64,000 nucleotides of DNA, taken from NCBI GenBank assembly GCA_027459745.1, contig DAIDHL010000005.1, forward strand, positions 646 to 64,645, given 5' to 3'. Of the stretch, positions 1 through 10,063 are shown in pieces (position 1 is the first letter of the stretch; each line of letters starts with the position of its first letter). A program made the position numbers and the translations under genes. The stretch comes from Candidatus Levyibacteriota bacterium (lineage in GTDB: Bacteria > Patescibacteriota > Microgenomatia > Levybacterales > UBA12049). The notes beneath the pieces are model-generated. The model ran no database searches. It was not told the DNA's origin and worked only from the letters and a program-made list of their open reading frames with translations.

Positions 1-299
1 TGATCCAAAACTAGTTGATATAAAGTAGCTGGTTTAAAAATTAATTGAATAAGCTCGCTAATATAAGCCATCAGCATGTTATGCTGGAAAAAAATTTGGG
101 TATATAATATCTTTCCTGACAAAAGAAAGTACCCAGCCATAAAATTGTTATATTCATCTATAAAGCTAAATGAAACTGCATTTTTGTAGTATAAATAAGT
201 AATAAAAACAAAAAAGATAGATGAAACTAAATAAAGAACTTTTGAGGTTAAAATGATACGTTCAACTTTTAAAGCCAGGACTTTATGATGAGATAGCAT
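1..299 (-). CDS. Partial hydrophobic membrane protein; the 3' part lies beyond the window start. Its ATG at 299 overlaps the end of the GT2 gene.
   Basis: Minus-strand frame open from ATG (297-299) to position 1 with no stop. Translation MLSHHKVLALKVERIILTSKVLYLVSSIFFVFITYLYYKNAVSFSFIDEYNNFMAGYFLLSGKILYTQIFFQHNMLMAYISELIQLIFKPATLYQLVLD... is strongly hydrophobic. It sits in operon context with glycosylation genes. Start uncertain (an alternative M lies further in). Confidence 0.4.
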   Translation of the reverse strand, partial: MLSHHKVLALKVERIILTSKVLYLVSSIFFVFITYLYYKNAVSFSFIDEYNNFMAGYFLLSGKILYTQIFFQHNMLMAYISELIQLIFKPATLYQLVLD

Positions 300-1224
300 A
301 ACTTCCTTTCCCGAACTTATGCAGATAGAAATCGATTACACCTCTCTTTTGCCAATATCTTCCAGAAAAGAAAATTTTGATACTTTCTCTAAATAAGGCA
401 AATTTTGTTCTTACACCCGCGTACCGGAAACCAAACAACATCCTGTTACGGCTAATAAAATAATCTTGTAGAGTAGAACCTGCTCCACCAGAAGATCCTG
501 CATTTTTATGCCAAAGCACAGCCTGAGGCCAATAAAGAATATTTATTCCTTTTTTATGAGCCTTCATACTATAATCAGCATCCTCATAATACATGAAAAA
601 TTCAGGAGGTAACATGCCTATCTTTTCTATAGTATGTTTAGTAATCAACATACAGCACCCGGTAGCTATTTCAGTTTTGTCCGGCTGATCAAATTGACCT
701 TTATCTACTTGGTCAACTCCCCTATGCGAACCTATAATGTTAGCCCAGTCCATTTTTCCACCTGCATACCAAAAGACTTTACCCTTCTCGATATCGCTAT
801 ATAGGCCTTTATGGTATTCAAAGCCAGGTGCAAAATATATTTTGGGTACTATTATTCCTGCATCATATTCTGATTCTGCTGCCCTTACTAATTCTTCAAT
901 TAAATTTTCGTGGACTATGGTATCGTTGTTTAAAAGCACTACATATCTGCACCCATCAACCAAAGCTTTCTGAATACCAAGATTATTACCAACTGAAAAG
1001 CCCGTATTCTTTTTGCTTTTTATTATATCTGTAGAAAAGACAGTAATAGGATTTTCCTGTAGATATTTCTCAATTTCTTCAATACTTCCCGGACGAGAAT
1101 GATTGTCAACAATATAAACCGTCAAATCTATATCTTTTAAGTTCAGCTTGGCTAAGGATTTTAAACAATCGATTACATTTTTTTCACCGTTATAATTTAT
1201 AGTAATTAATCCGACTTTTTTCAT
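283..1224 (-). CDS. Family 2 glycosyltransferase (GT-A fold; rhamnosyl/galactofuranosyl-transferase-like)
   Basis: 313 aa. N-terminal 'GLITINYNGEKNV...YIVDNHS' and 'LLNNDT' motifs and a DxD-like 'YYEDADYS' are typical GT2 (WbbL-like). 4-bp overlap with the upstream flippase gene. Confidence 0.85.
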   Translation of the reverse strand: MKKVGLITINYNGEKNVIDCLKSLAKLNLKDIDLTVYIVDNHSRPGSIEEIEKYLQENPITVFSTDIIKSKKNTGFSVGNNLGIQKALVDGCRYVVLLNNDTIVHENLIEELVRAAESEYDAGIIVPKIYFAPGFEYHKGLYSDIEKGKVFWYAGGKMDWANIIGSHRGVDQVDKGQFDQPDKTEIATGCCMLITKHTIEKIGMLPPEFFMYYEDADYSMKAHKKGINILYWPQAVLWHKNAGSSGGAGSTLQDYFISRNRMLFGFRYAGVRTKFALFRESIKIFFSGRYWQKRGVIDFYLHKFGKGSYAISS

Positions 1225-2678
1225 ACTTGTTTCTTTATTCTAAGGAAATCTAAAGTTTTTCTCAACTCCTGTTGTGAAATTATAAAAAGAATAGCAGCGT
1301 AGACTCCAACCGCAACACAGGCAAAAAATATAAATAACCAAAAGTTAACTATAAATGATTGTATAATATAAGAGAAAGTCATCATCAAAGCAGCTGCCAA
1401 GAAAGGTTTTATTAATGGTCTCCAAAAAGAATAGCTAACATATTGTTTAGTAAAAGGTAAAATAATAAGTAGACTAGCGGCCACCATAAATGACGCGATC
1501 GAAACTCCATTATATCCAAAATAGTGAATAAATAACGGAGTCAATATCCAGGTAAGTACAGTTAAAAATACCATTGAATAAAGAGTTACTTTTACTTTCC
1601 CTATAGCATTCAAGAAATTTGTTAAAGGAACAGTAATTGAAGCAAACAGAATATTCAATGAAAAAAAGAAAATTGAGATTACAGCTGGAATCCATTTAGT
1701 ATAACCTGGAATAGGAACATATACAATAAAAGCATGTGAGAACATCATAAATCCAATGACCAAGGGGAAAACACATGCAGAAATTAGAAACAATGACTGT
1801 TCAATAATTATTTTTAATGAATTTTTATCATGCTGTAATCTACTATAAGCAGGAAATGTGATACGCACAACATTATCCATAATCAAATTTGAGGGCAAAA
1901 AGGAAAGTTTTTGTGCAAATCCTATAATTCCCACATCACCATGAGAGAGAACTTTTCCAATATAAAGATTAACTAGATTATCTTTAATCAAAGACAGTAA
2001 ACTATTGGCCTGTAGTGGGATACCAAATCCAAACAAATTCTTTACTGTCTTAAAATGAAACGACACTCCAATCTTCCAAGGTTTGATATAGTAAATTACA
2101 AAAAGGCCTATTATACTTCTTGCGAGAATTGCAATACTAAAACTAGTAATTCCAAAGTGCATTAGCGCCAAAACTATTAAGACAACGTTATATACAAGGT
2201 TCTCTACAATATCGGGTATTACCAGTTTGTTGAAAAGCAAATTTCTTTCTAACATAACAGTAGGAATCGTTTTGAGTGAAGATATAAAAAATGAAATAAC
2301 TAAAGAATAAAACAAGAACATTCCTGCGCTATCTAAATGATAAAATCCAACTATCTTACTGGAGAAAACGAAACAAATAATAACCAGCGTCAAAACTAGA
2401 AGTTGTTGAATTGTAAAAGTAGCCTTATATTCTTCTAATGTTGGCTCCTCCTTCTTTTGAATTAAAGAGGCTGCTAAACCAATATCTTGAAAATAAACTA
2501 AAAATACAACAATTGATGATGCTATAAAATAGATACCAAAATCTTCTTTACTTAATATACTAGTTAAAATAAAACTGGTTGCGATACTTAAAACTTTTAC
2601 CAAAAAAGTACGCGAGGTTAACGCGGAAAACCCTTTCAATGATTTACTGGCAACAGCTTGCAGATCAAAATCTTCCAT
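1221..2678 (-). CDS. Polysaccharide biosynthesis protein / lipid-linked oligosaccharide flippase (MOP superfamily, Wzx-like)
   Basis: 485 aa, about 12-14 predicted TM helices, no soluble domains. Position between GT2 genes is typical of Wzx flippases. Confidence 0.65.
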   Translation of the reverse strand: MEDFDLQAVASKSLKGFSALTSRTFLVKVLSIATSFILTSILSKEDFGIYFIASSIVVFLVYFQDIGLAASLIQKKEEPTLEEYKATFTIQQLLVLTLVIICFVFSSKIVGFYHLDSAGMFLFYSLVISFFISSLKTIPTVMLERNLLFNKLVIPDIVENLVYNVVLIVLALMHFGITSFSIAILARSIIGLFVIYYIKPWKIGVSFHFKTVKNLFGFGIPLQANSLLSLIKDNLVNLYIGKVLSHGDVGIIGFAQKLSFLPSNLIMDNVVRITFPAYSRLQHDKNSLKIIIEQSLFLISACVFPLVIGFMMFSHAFIVYVPIPGYTKWIPAVISIFFFSLNILFASITVPLTNFLNAIGKVKVTLYSMVFLTVLTWILTPLFIHYFGYNGVSIASFMVAASLLIILPFTKQYVSYSFWRPLIKPFLAAALMMTFSYIIQSFIVNFWLFIFFACVAVGVYAAILFIISQQELRKTLDFLRIKKQV

Positions 2679-3378
2679 TTTTTAAATCCCACCAGAGAAT
2701 AAGGCTCTCCAGGACCGCCCTTACAACTACTGGGATGTTAGCTCCTGTAGGTTTACCGTGTAGACGCGGATAATGTTCTACACCCACCTGAGTAATTTTT
2801 AATTTTTTTATTGTTGCTTTAGCTAATATTTCAGTAGTAATCATTGCACCTTCTGACCTTAGAGGCATAATTGACTCCAGTGCGCTTTTCCTGAACATTT
2901 TAAAACCACAGTCTATATCTTTAAAATGAAAATGAAACAAAGCAAAATCCCAAATTTTTAACAGGTTCATAAGGAGGTGTCTTACCAACGGATCATTTCT
3001 GTGTTTACGATAACCAATAACCACATCAGAGTTTTGAATTGCAGGTATAAATTTATCAATTTCAGATATATCAAATTGTCCATCTCCATCGGTAAAAACA
3101 ATAAATGTATATTTAGAATTTATAAAACCTTCCTTGAGAGAAGCACCATAGCCTCGATTTGGATGATGAGATACCACTTTTAACCTATTATCTTGAGCTG
3201 ATAATCTTTTAGCAATATCTAAGGTTTTATCCATTGAACCGTCATCTACCATGAGAATCTCCCATTTTATCGCTACTTTATCTGCGACCTTTATGGCTTT
3301 ATTGACAACTTCTTCTATATTTGCTTCTTCATTCCAGAACGGGAAAAAAATTGATAGTTCTGGCAATTTCTTACTCAT
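2665..3378 (-). CDS. GT2 polyprenol-phosphate sugar synthase (DPM1/GtrB/ArnC-like)
   Basis: 237 aa. Motifs 'SIFFPFWNEEANI', 'VDDGSMDKT', 'FTDGDGQFD' and 'DCGFKMFRKSA' characteristic of dolichyl/polyprenyl-phosphate mannose/glucose synthases. Confidence 0.8.
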   Translation of the reverse strand: MSKKLPELSIFFPFWNEEANIEEVVNKAIKVADKVAIKWEILMVDDGSMDKTLDIAKRLSAQDNRLKVVSHHPNRGYGASLKEGFINSKYTFIVFTDGDGQFDISEIDKFIPAIQNSDVVIGYRKHRNDPLVRHLLMNLLKIWDFALFHFHFKDIDCGFKMFRKSALESIMPLRSEGAMITTEILAKATIKKLKITQVGVEHYPRLHGKPTGANIPVVVRAVLESLILWWDLKNGRF

Positions 3379-5069
3379 AAGCTAATGAATATTATACCAG
3401 CAAAAAGAATAATTATTCCAGCTATAGATACGATATCAGACCACGCTTCTACAGATGTTTGGGCATAGAATGCCTCCAACCTGTGTAATCCAACAGGTAA
3501 GTAAACAATTAACCCATTAGCTGCTGGAATATAGGAGATATTCTTGCTATCAATATAGACCTTCCAGTTGGAAAAAGGAGCTATATGCAAGGTAATCGGT
3601 TGTGTAGTTGCAGACTCTATAATTGCTTCAATCGAAGTAGTAGTCTGTTTATAATTTTTTAAAAGAATCTGCCCTTTTGCACTGATAGGATGGTACGCTA
3701 AAGCTTCTTTACTAGAGGAGGGAATTTTTATAATCTTAGGTAAATACTCATAAGAGACTAAAGACGACTGCCACAGCAAATAAGATTCATTTATATAATT
3801 CTGGTCTGTAAAATTATAGTATGTCTGAGGAATAAACAGTTTAGGGTATAAAATTCCTCCTAATAATATAACTACAACAATATATAAGTAACCTACCTTT
3901 AATTTCCAAAAACGCTTATGTAATATTTTCTCAAGGATAAATACTGCCGATCCTCCGATTAAGCTGGAAAAAAATGATGCTAAGATTAAGAATCTCCAAG
4001 GAAATTGAAAAAATTTCATAAAGGGTAACAAATTCCACAACCACTCTGACCAGGAAAGAGTCATAAATAGAGAAAACAGCAATCCTAGAAACAATGCAAT
4101 AAATATGTTGGTATATTTTTTAAATTCTATTTTTTTCCAAAGTATAACTATGAAAAATACAAAAGTTATAACTGATAAAAATAAATGTAATTTACCTACC
4201 CTGAAAGAAAGACCATCAACACATCCGGGTATTGATCCTCCATAACCCCAAGGACTATCCCAAAGCTGTGATAAACAAGCATATTGGGTATGGTAGTCTG
4301 AGCCTCCTTGGGTTACAGAATTCACATTTGTAAGGTTCATTTCTGTAAGAGATGGTAACCAGTAAAATGCTGAGATCAAGAGTGAACAAACTATCGTCAA
4401 AATAAAATAATAAATCATTTTACGGTTGTGGTTATAAAGACTACGAATAATAAATACTAATGACAACAAAAAAATAAACGGAGTAGCCATCAGTGCGGTG
4501 AGATTATGAGTCAAAATTAAAGCTGTATAAAACACTGAACTTAAAACTACATATCTCCATTGCTTAGTTTGACAAAGTTTAATTAAGAAAAAAATTATAA
4601 AAGGTATAAGTGCGTAAGCAAAAGCTTCAGCCATATCACCTCTCACATAAATGTCTAGTGCATGATATGGAGCGTAAACATATAATAACCCCGCTGTTAA
4701 ACCTGCTAAATTATTAAAAAGCTTACTACCTAATAGATACATTCCCAATCCTGACATTAAAACACCTAAAATTATGACGAACTTAACCGAAAAGATAGCA
4801 GACATTCCTCCTAGATATAAAATGCTAGAAAGATAATATATTAAAGGAGAATAAAAATTAAAAAAGGGATATCCATAACCAAAACCTAAATCTTGAGACC
4901 ATCTTACAGGGAACATGCCATCGCTTAAAGCCTTACTCATCTCATATACTCTTTGTACCTGACCATTATCGTGAATTGGGAAAAAACCTTGATGAAATAA
5001 AGGAAGTATCGCCCCAAGCGATAAAATAAACAAGAATAAGATAGTGTAAATTCTAACTTTTACATTCAT
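3375..5069 (-). CDS. Polytopic membrane protein, GT-C-fold glycosyltransferase-like (YfhO/PMT-like); tandem paralog of 5066..6721
   Basis: 564 aa, more than 10 TM helices. N-terminal loop 'GFFPIHDNGQ...WSQDLGFGYGYPFFNFYSPLIYY' parallels the acidic-motif plus aromatic-loop architecture of GT-C enzymes. 4-bp coupled to neighbours. Confidence 0.5.
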   Translation of the reverse strand: MNVKVRIYTILFLFILSLGAILPLFHQGFFPIHDNGQVQRVYEMSKALSDGMFPVRWSQDLGFGYGYPFFNFYSPLIYYLSSILYLGGMSAIFSVKFVIILGVLMSGLGMYLLGSKLFNNLAGLTAGLLYVYAPYHALDIYVRGDMAEAFAYALIPFIIFFLIKLCQTKQWRYVVLSSVFYTALILTHNLTALMATPFIFLLSLVFIIRSLYNHNRKMIYYFILTIVCSLLISAFYWLPSLTEMNLTNVNSVTQGGSDYHTQYACLSQLWDSPWGYGGSIPGCVDGLSFRVGKLHLFLSVITFVFFIVILWKKIEFKKYTNIFIALFLGLLFSLFMTLSWSEWLWNLLPFMKFFQFPWRFLILASFFSSLIGGSAVFILEKILHKRFWKLKVGYLYIVVVILLGGILYPKLFIPQTYYNFTDQNYINESYLLWQSSLVSYEYLPKIIKIPSSSKEALAYHPISAKGQILLKNYKQTTTSIEAIIESATTQPITLHIAPFSNWKVYIDSKNISYIPAANGLIVYLPVGLHRLEAFYAQTSVEAWSDIVSIAGIIILFAGIIFISL

Positions 5070-6721
5070 TTGAAGAACAATTTTTTAATAAAATAAAAAA
5101 TAATGAAAATAAACGAAATCAAACTAATAAGATCTGATATTAAGCGTAATGAGGTTTCTGTAAAAGTACCACTAACCGTATGAATACCTGCAGGTATATT
5201 AATATCCATTAAACCTTTAGGATTACTATATGAGATCTTAGTAGTATTACCGTCAATTTTTGCTACCCATCCAGGATAATAAATAATATTAACTTGCAAC
5301 ATAAAAGGTTTTGTTGAATTGGTATTAACAACAAATCTTCGTGAGTTATAAAATTCATCTGTTAAAAAGACTTTGTTATTTAATGCTGTAAACTTAACCA
5401 CTGGCCTCTGCAATGGTTTTTCTTTTACCCATAGAGGCATATATTCACTGGAAGATGTGGTAGTTGCATCGTTGGTTAAATAAAAATTATCACCTCTGTT
5501 AACATAACTCTGGGGATGAGCATAGGGAATTGTATAAATAATAGTAATTAACCCTAAAATTATATATGCAGGGTAAATTTTTTTAAGAGTAAATAATTTA
5601 GATGAAAGTATAGCGATCAAAAATCCTACAACACCCAGTAATGTCCAGGGATAATTAATTTCTTTAATCAATGGCGTATGCACCCAAATTGCGTTTGTAA
5701 AAGGAAATAGTAATAAGCAATATAAAACCAGAAGTATTGAAGCTATGATTAAGAATTTATCGCTCAACGAGTTTCGTAGAAAATGATTCCGGAATAGAGT
5801 TGTTGCAACAATTAAAAGTAATACTATCAATACTTGAGGTAAGCCTAGCTGAAAAGTAAACTGGTCTGCACTAGGAGGTATACCATATCCCCAAGAAGGT
5901 ATAAATAATTGCCACCAGTGAGCATAATTAATTACCCTGTCAGCAATCGGCGTTACAGCTAATGCAATAAGATTTTTTTCCGACAAAGCAGGAACCCAGA
6001 AGAATGCGGACAATCCAAAACCTAGAACTAAAGTAAAGAAATAAAACAGTGATAATTTTATTCTGTCTTTAACACTTAATAAAATAGAGCAACTCATAAA
6101 CAATAAGATTATAGGTAAAAACTCTACCGCCATTATGTTGTGTGTCGTAATTAAACTGGCAATAAAAATAGCTGCAAAAATTACATAATATAGTCGTCTA
6201 GATTTATGTATTTTAAGAAGAAAATAGATAATAAAAGGGAATAAGGCAAAGGACAGAGATTCACCTATTGATCCCCTTACAAACAAATCTACCATTCGAT
6301 AAGGATAGTACACGTATACAATTGCACTAAAAACACCCGACAATCTACTCTGCCACATTTCTTTTGCCAGCAGGTACATTCCCCACAAAGATAGCGGAAC
6401 TGTAATCGCGAATATCAACTTGATTGAATCAACAAAACTAATTTTAAATAAATGGATGAAAAAACCAAGATAATAAGGTAGCGGATAAGCGAATTCAAAC
6501 AGTGGATATCCATAACCAAAATTCAAGTTAGCACTATATCTGGCTGGGAATTGCAAATCTTTCAATTCTCTATACATGTCTGTAAGTCTCACCACAGCCC
6601 ATTCCCCATCATGAGTCGGGAAATACCCAGCATGGAAATAAGGTAATATCAAAGGAATACTTAACAATATAAATAATATTCCCGTCCAAATTTGAATATG
6701 TTGTGTAAATATTCTTTTCAT
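5066..6721 (-). CDS. Polytopic membrane protein, GT-C-fold glycosyltransferase-like; paralog of 3375..5069
   Basis: 551 aa. 'GYFPTHDGEW...NLNFGYGYPLFEFAYPLPYY' closely parallels the N-terminal loop of the neighbouring gene. Many TM helices. Confidence 0.5.
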   Translation of the reverse strand: MKRIFTQHIQIWTGILFILLSIPLILPYFHAGYFPTHDGEWAVVRLTDMYRELKDLQFPARYSANLNFGYGYPLFEFAYPLPYYLGFFIHLFKISFVDSIKLIFAITVPLSLWGMYLLAKEMWQSRLSGVFSAIVYVYYPYRMVDLFVRGSIGESLSFALFPFIIYFLLKIHKSRRLYYVIFAAIFIASLITTHNIMAVEFLPIILLFMSCSILLSVKDRIKLSLFYFFTLVLGFGLSAFFWVPALSEKNLIALAVTPIADRVINYAHWWQLFIPSWGYGIPPSADQFTFQLGLPQVLIVLLLIVATTLFRNHFLRNSLSDKFLIIASILLVLYCLLLFPFTNAIWVHTPLIKEINYPWTLLGVVGFLIAILSSKLFTLKKIYPAYIILGLITIIYTIPYAHPQSYVNRGDNFYLTNDATTTSSSEYMPLWVKEKPLQRPVVKFTALNNKVFLTDEFYNSRRFVVNTNSTKPFMLQVNIIYYPGWVAKIDGNTTKISYSNPKGLMDINIPAGIHTVSGTFTETSLRLISDLISLISFIFIIFYFIKKLFFK

Positions 6722-6728
6722 TTGCTTA

Positions 6729-8429
6729 CTATTGTGAAATTACACTGACTACAGGTTTAGTATATGGATATTGAGCTATATTATTCTGTAGTGACAGTAC
6801 GACAGGCCTAGTAGGATAGTAAAAAGTTTTAATAACATGTATATTTGCTGGTACGTCAGAACTAGCTGCAACTAATAAATTATGCTTATCTTTCACGTCC
6901 TTAGACCAATCAATTTTACGAAACTGATATTTTCCTAAACTTTCTACTGAGGTAAAAAGACTATCCTGTTGATATATAACTTCCTTTTGAAAAGATTTTG
7001 GAGAGTATTTTTGATAAAAAGCCAGTGATGTATATATAAACGGTGTATTGGTGTCTATTATAATATGTGAATAATTAGGAGCCACAGATTGTAGGTATAA
7101 GGACAAGGGTTTATCAGTCACTCTCCATTCCGCTGCATAATATTTGGGAAATCTATAATAATAAGACGCTTGAAAATATAAAAATGAGTAAACCACAATT
7201 ATAGAAACTAATATTATAAATAACCTTAAGTAGGTTTTGTTGATTTTACTCAATAAACCAATTAATACATAAAATCCGTAAGCTGAAAAGAAAATGAGAG
7301 GTATTACTAGCGGATAACTCCTGGTTCCGTGTGGAACTACAGAGCTAAAACCAACGATTAAAATTAAAATTGCTGCCCAGGAAAAAAAAATCATTGCCGA
7401 CTTAGTCACTTTTCTTGAAAGAAAATATAAACCTACTATCATAAAAAATAGATCAACCGGATAAAAAGCTCCCACATTACCCACTCCTACATCTCCATTA
7501 GTTGAACCTAAAGAATAGAAAAAAAATGTGGTTGAGAATGAGTTTGCAATGTTTCTGCAGTACTCCCAAATCAATAAGAAAAAACTATTAAAAAACAAGG
7601 CTGATAATATATGGGGCAAAGGAGTTAAATAACTTCTCATTTCAACCATTGCCGCTTTAGCATTTCCCCCCAGTAGAGTTACGTTTGTCTCATTATGTAA
7701 ACCAGAAGATTTAAAGAAAGTAAAAATAAACGGGGAAATCAGTATTAAAAAAACAATGCCCAATGAGAAAATTTTTGCGAGACTAAGTTCTTTAAATTGT
7801 TTTCTATAAATAACTACTAATGATAACAATAATAAAGGAGCATGAAATCTAGTGATGTTGTAAGAATACAATGCAATCACAAAAGCTACAACTGAAAAAA
7901 GATAAAATATTAACCTCTTTTTTTCAGCAGCGAGAACAAAAAATAATGTTCCTAAGACCTCAAAACATACTGCCAGATTTACTTCAAGTGCAACACGAGA
8001 GAAAAAAAGATTCCAAGGATTTATAGCTAAAAATAAAGCACCTATCAAGGCTAACCATTCGTTTCTGGTTAATAATTTTATTAAAAAATAAAACGCAAAT
8101 ACTGTTACAACCCCTGCTAAAGCGGAAGGAAAGCGTACCGCAAAAGTATTTACACCCAAAATACTCTCACTTATAACAGTAGTATAAATATATGCAGGCA
8201 ATTTATAATCATTAAATGATTTAAAGTACAATGGAAACTTGACTCCATGTTCGTCTCTACCTGTTTGAAGTATTGAGTAGGCGTTATAACCAATTGCTGT
8301 TTCATCCTGATTCATTCCAGCAGGAAAATTAGACAAGTTATTAAATCTTAAAAGGATGGCTATAATCACAACTATTAAAAAAAGAATTAACACTAACTTT
8401 TTTTGGTGATTTAATATAAGTGGAAGCAT
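6729..8429 (-). CDS. GT-C glycosyltransferase, ArnT/PMT family (GT39/GT83-like)
   Basis: 566 aa. First extracytoplasmic loop 'GMNQDETAIGYNAYSILQTGRDEHGVKFPLYFKSFNDYKLPAYIY' carries the DE motif and aromatic loop typical of dolichyl/undecaprenyl-phosphate-sugar dependent GT-C transferases. 11+ TM helices. Confidence 0.75.
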   Translation of the reverse strand: MLPLILNHQKKLVLILFLIVVIIAILLRFNNLSNFPAGMNQDETAIGYNAYSILQTGRDEHGVKFPLYFKSFNDYKLPAYIYTTVISESILGVNTFAVRFPSALAGVVTVFAFYFLIKLLTRNEWLALIGALFLAINPWNLFFSRVALEVNLAVCFEVLGTLFFVLAAEKKRLIFYLFSVVAFVIALYSYNITRFHAPLLLLSLVVIYRKQFKELSLAKIFSLGIVFLILISPFIFTFFKSSGLHNETNVTLLGGNAKAAMVEMRSYLTPLPHILSALFFNSFFLLIWEYCRNIANSFSTTFFFYSLGSTNGDVGVGNVGAFYPVDLFFMIVGLYFLSRKVTKSAMIFFSWAAILILIVGFSSVVPHGTRSYPLVIPLIFFSAYGFYVLIGLLSKINKTYLRLFIILVSIIVVYSFLYFQASYYYRFPKYYAAEWRVTDKPLSLYLQSVAPNYSHIIIDTNTPFIYTSLAFYQKYSPKSFQKEVIYQQDSLFTSVESLGKYQFRKIDWSKDVKDKHNLLVAASSDVPANIHVIKTFYYPTRPVVLSLQNNIAQYPYTKPVVSVISQ

Positions 8430-8435
8430 ATGTTC

Positions 8436-9977
8436 TTAAGGTAAGACTTTGTATAATGTTGCATGAACCTTACCATTATTTTTACTTACACTGTAAACTG
8501 GTATAACCGGCCAAGCAGTGGGAGCTACACCAGTGTTAGGACAATTTGGGCACGGCTCATAAAAATAAACATAGGTTGGCATCTTTTTGGCCATTGACTG
8601 CAAATCTGAGGGAATATTCCCAGAAATAGGCCAGTAAGCTTTGGTGGTAACATTAGGGTTATTATAGAAATACATTTCAAACGCAAATGGCATCAAACCA
8701 AAAGTTCCCTGTGTGCCAACAAATATGTGCTGATTTGCTGAAGCAGTTTTTAAATACTGAATTGACTCTTTTATTCCCCACCCTGCAGGCCAATCTAGCA
8801 TATATTGAGATTTATCAGCTTGGGGTATGGGTGCTTTTAATGGGTCAACAATTAAATAAAAACTGATATAGGCTGTAGGAGTAATCGCAACTAGTGTTAT
8901 CATCGATAGGTATATGGCAAGTTTTTTAGTTTTTTCATGAGATAATATTAAAGCACTACGCCAGATTCCAAATGCCACTATTGGCAGCAACACTACAGTC
9001 ATGAATAAAATGTACCTGGGAAATATAACTTTTCCAAACGTGGCATCAAAAATAAATGGTGCTAAAAAGTAAATCACTAGTACGGTTTTTTCTCTCCAAT
9101 AAGATATAGTTAACAGGCCAATTACTAAAAATACTAAATAGCTTATATTGAAGTATTCTAAAAACCAGGAGATTAATGATTGTAGATTGCCGGTAAACAA
9201 TTGAAATCTCCACAAAAGGGTATGCCCCATCCAGTCTTTTAATGTATAAATAAATACTGTATCTTTCAAACCTATTGTTCCATATAACGGAGACAAACGC
9301 AAAATAGAATAGAACATCATCCCTATTACTACAGATATCAAACCAAGAGTAATTAATCTAAATATTTTAAACTTTACTTGGTTTTGTTTAAAGTCAAAAA
9401 GCACAAATAAAAATGGCAGTAAAGCCATACTGATAAATGCACCTGCTTTGGTAAGTGCACCTCCACCTAATATAAAACCTAGATTATAACTATTTTTTAG
9501 ATTTGCTTTATTAAATAAAACTACTGAAAAATATAATGCCCAAACATACCACATGGCAGAAAGACTATCTTCTATGGCTAGACGATCATGTAGCAATGCA
9601 AGCGGGTAAAAAATGTATAACAACGAGCTAATTAACGCAACTTTTATATTCTTAAATATTCCATAAGCTAAAAACCCAACTCCTGCCATACCAAAAAAAC
9701 CACTAAAAACAGAGGATAGTCTTCCGGCTAGCAAGGGATCTTGGATGAACTTTACAAACAACATCATAATCCAGGTTTGCATAGGAGGCTTTCCATCGGT
9801 TAAAGAAATGAAACGCCAACTAGAATCGTGTAAAGCCACTTGCGCCCAACGTATATAAATAGCTTCGTCAGTAAAAATAGGTAATTTGGTTAGGAATAAC
9901 AGCCTGGTTAGAAAGTATACAATTACTATCAACAGACCAAGGAGTATATTAAATTTATGCTTCATAATTAATCTCAT
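8436..9977 (-). CDS. GT-C glycosyltransferase, ArnT/PMT family (GT39/GT83-like)
   Basis: 513 aa. 'LPIFTDEAIYIRWAQ' DE motif in the first loop after TM1. Polytopic. Confidence 0.75.
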   Translation of the reverse strand: MRLIMKHKFNILLGLLIVIVYFLTRLLFLTKLPIFTDEAIYIRWAQVALHDSSWRFISLTDGKPPMQTWIMMLFVKFIQDPLLAGRLSSVFSGFFGMAGVGFLAYGIFKNIKVALISSLLYIFYPLALLHDRLAIEDSLSAMWYVWALYFSVVLFNKANLKNSYNLGFILGGGALTKAGAFISMALLPFLFVLFDFKQNQVKFKIFRLITLGLISVVIGMMFYSILRLSPLYGTIGLKDTVFIYTLKDWMGHTLLWRFQLFTGNLQSLISWFLEYFNISYLVFLVIGLLTISYWREKTVLVIYFLAPFIFDATFGKVIFPRYILFMTVVLLPIVAFGIWRSALILSHEKTKKLAIYLSMITLVAITPTAYISFYLIVDPLKAPIPQADKSQYMLDWPAGWGIKESIQYLKTASANQHIFVGTQGTFGLMPFAFEMYFYNNPNVTTKAYWPISGNIPSDLQSMAKKMPTYVYFYEPCPNCPNTGVAPTAWPVIPVYSVSKNNGKVHATLYKVLP

Positions 9978-10063
9978 GGTTTGATTATAAATTCAAACAA
10001 CAATATTAGCAAATGATAGAACATCTCATTGGTATTTCTGAATTCATGAGGTAAAATAGCAAT

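Noticed and set aside
737-1034. Plus-strand ORFs 737..973 and 828..1034 (78 and 68 aa)
   Set aside because: Entirely antisense to the well-supported GT2 gene 283..1224. Low-complexity translations typical of AT-rich antisense frames.
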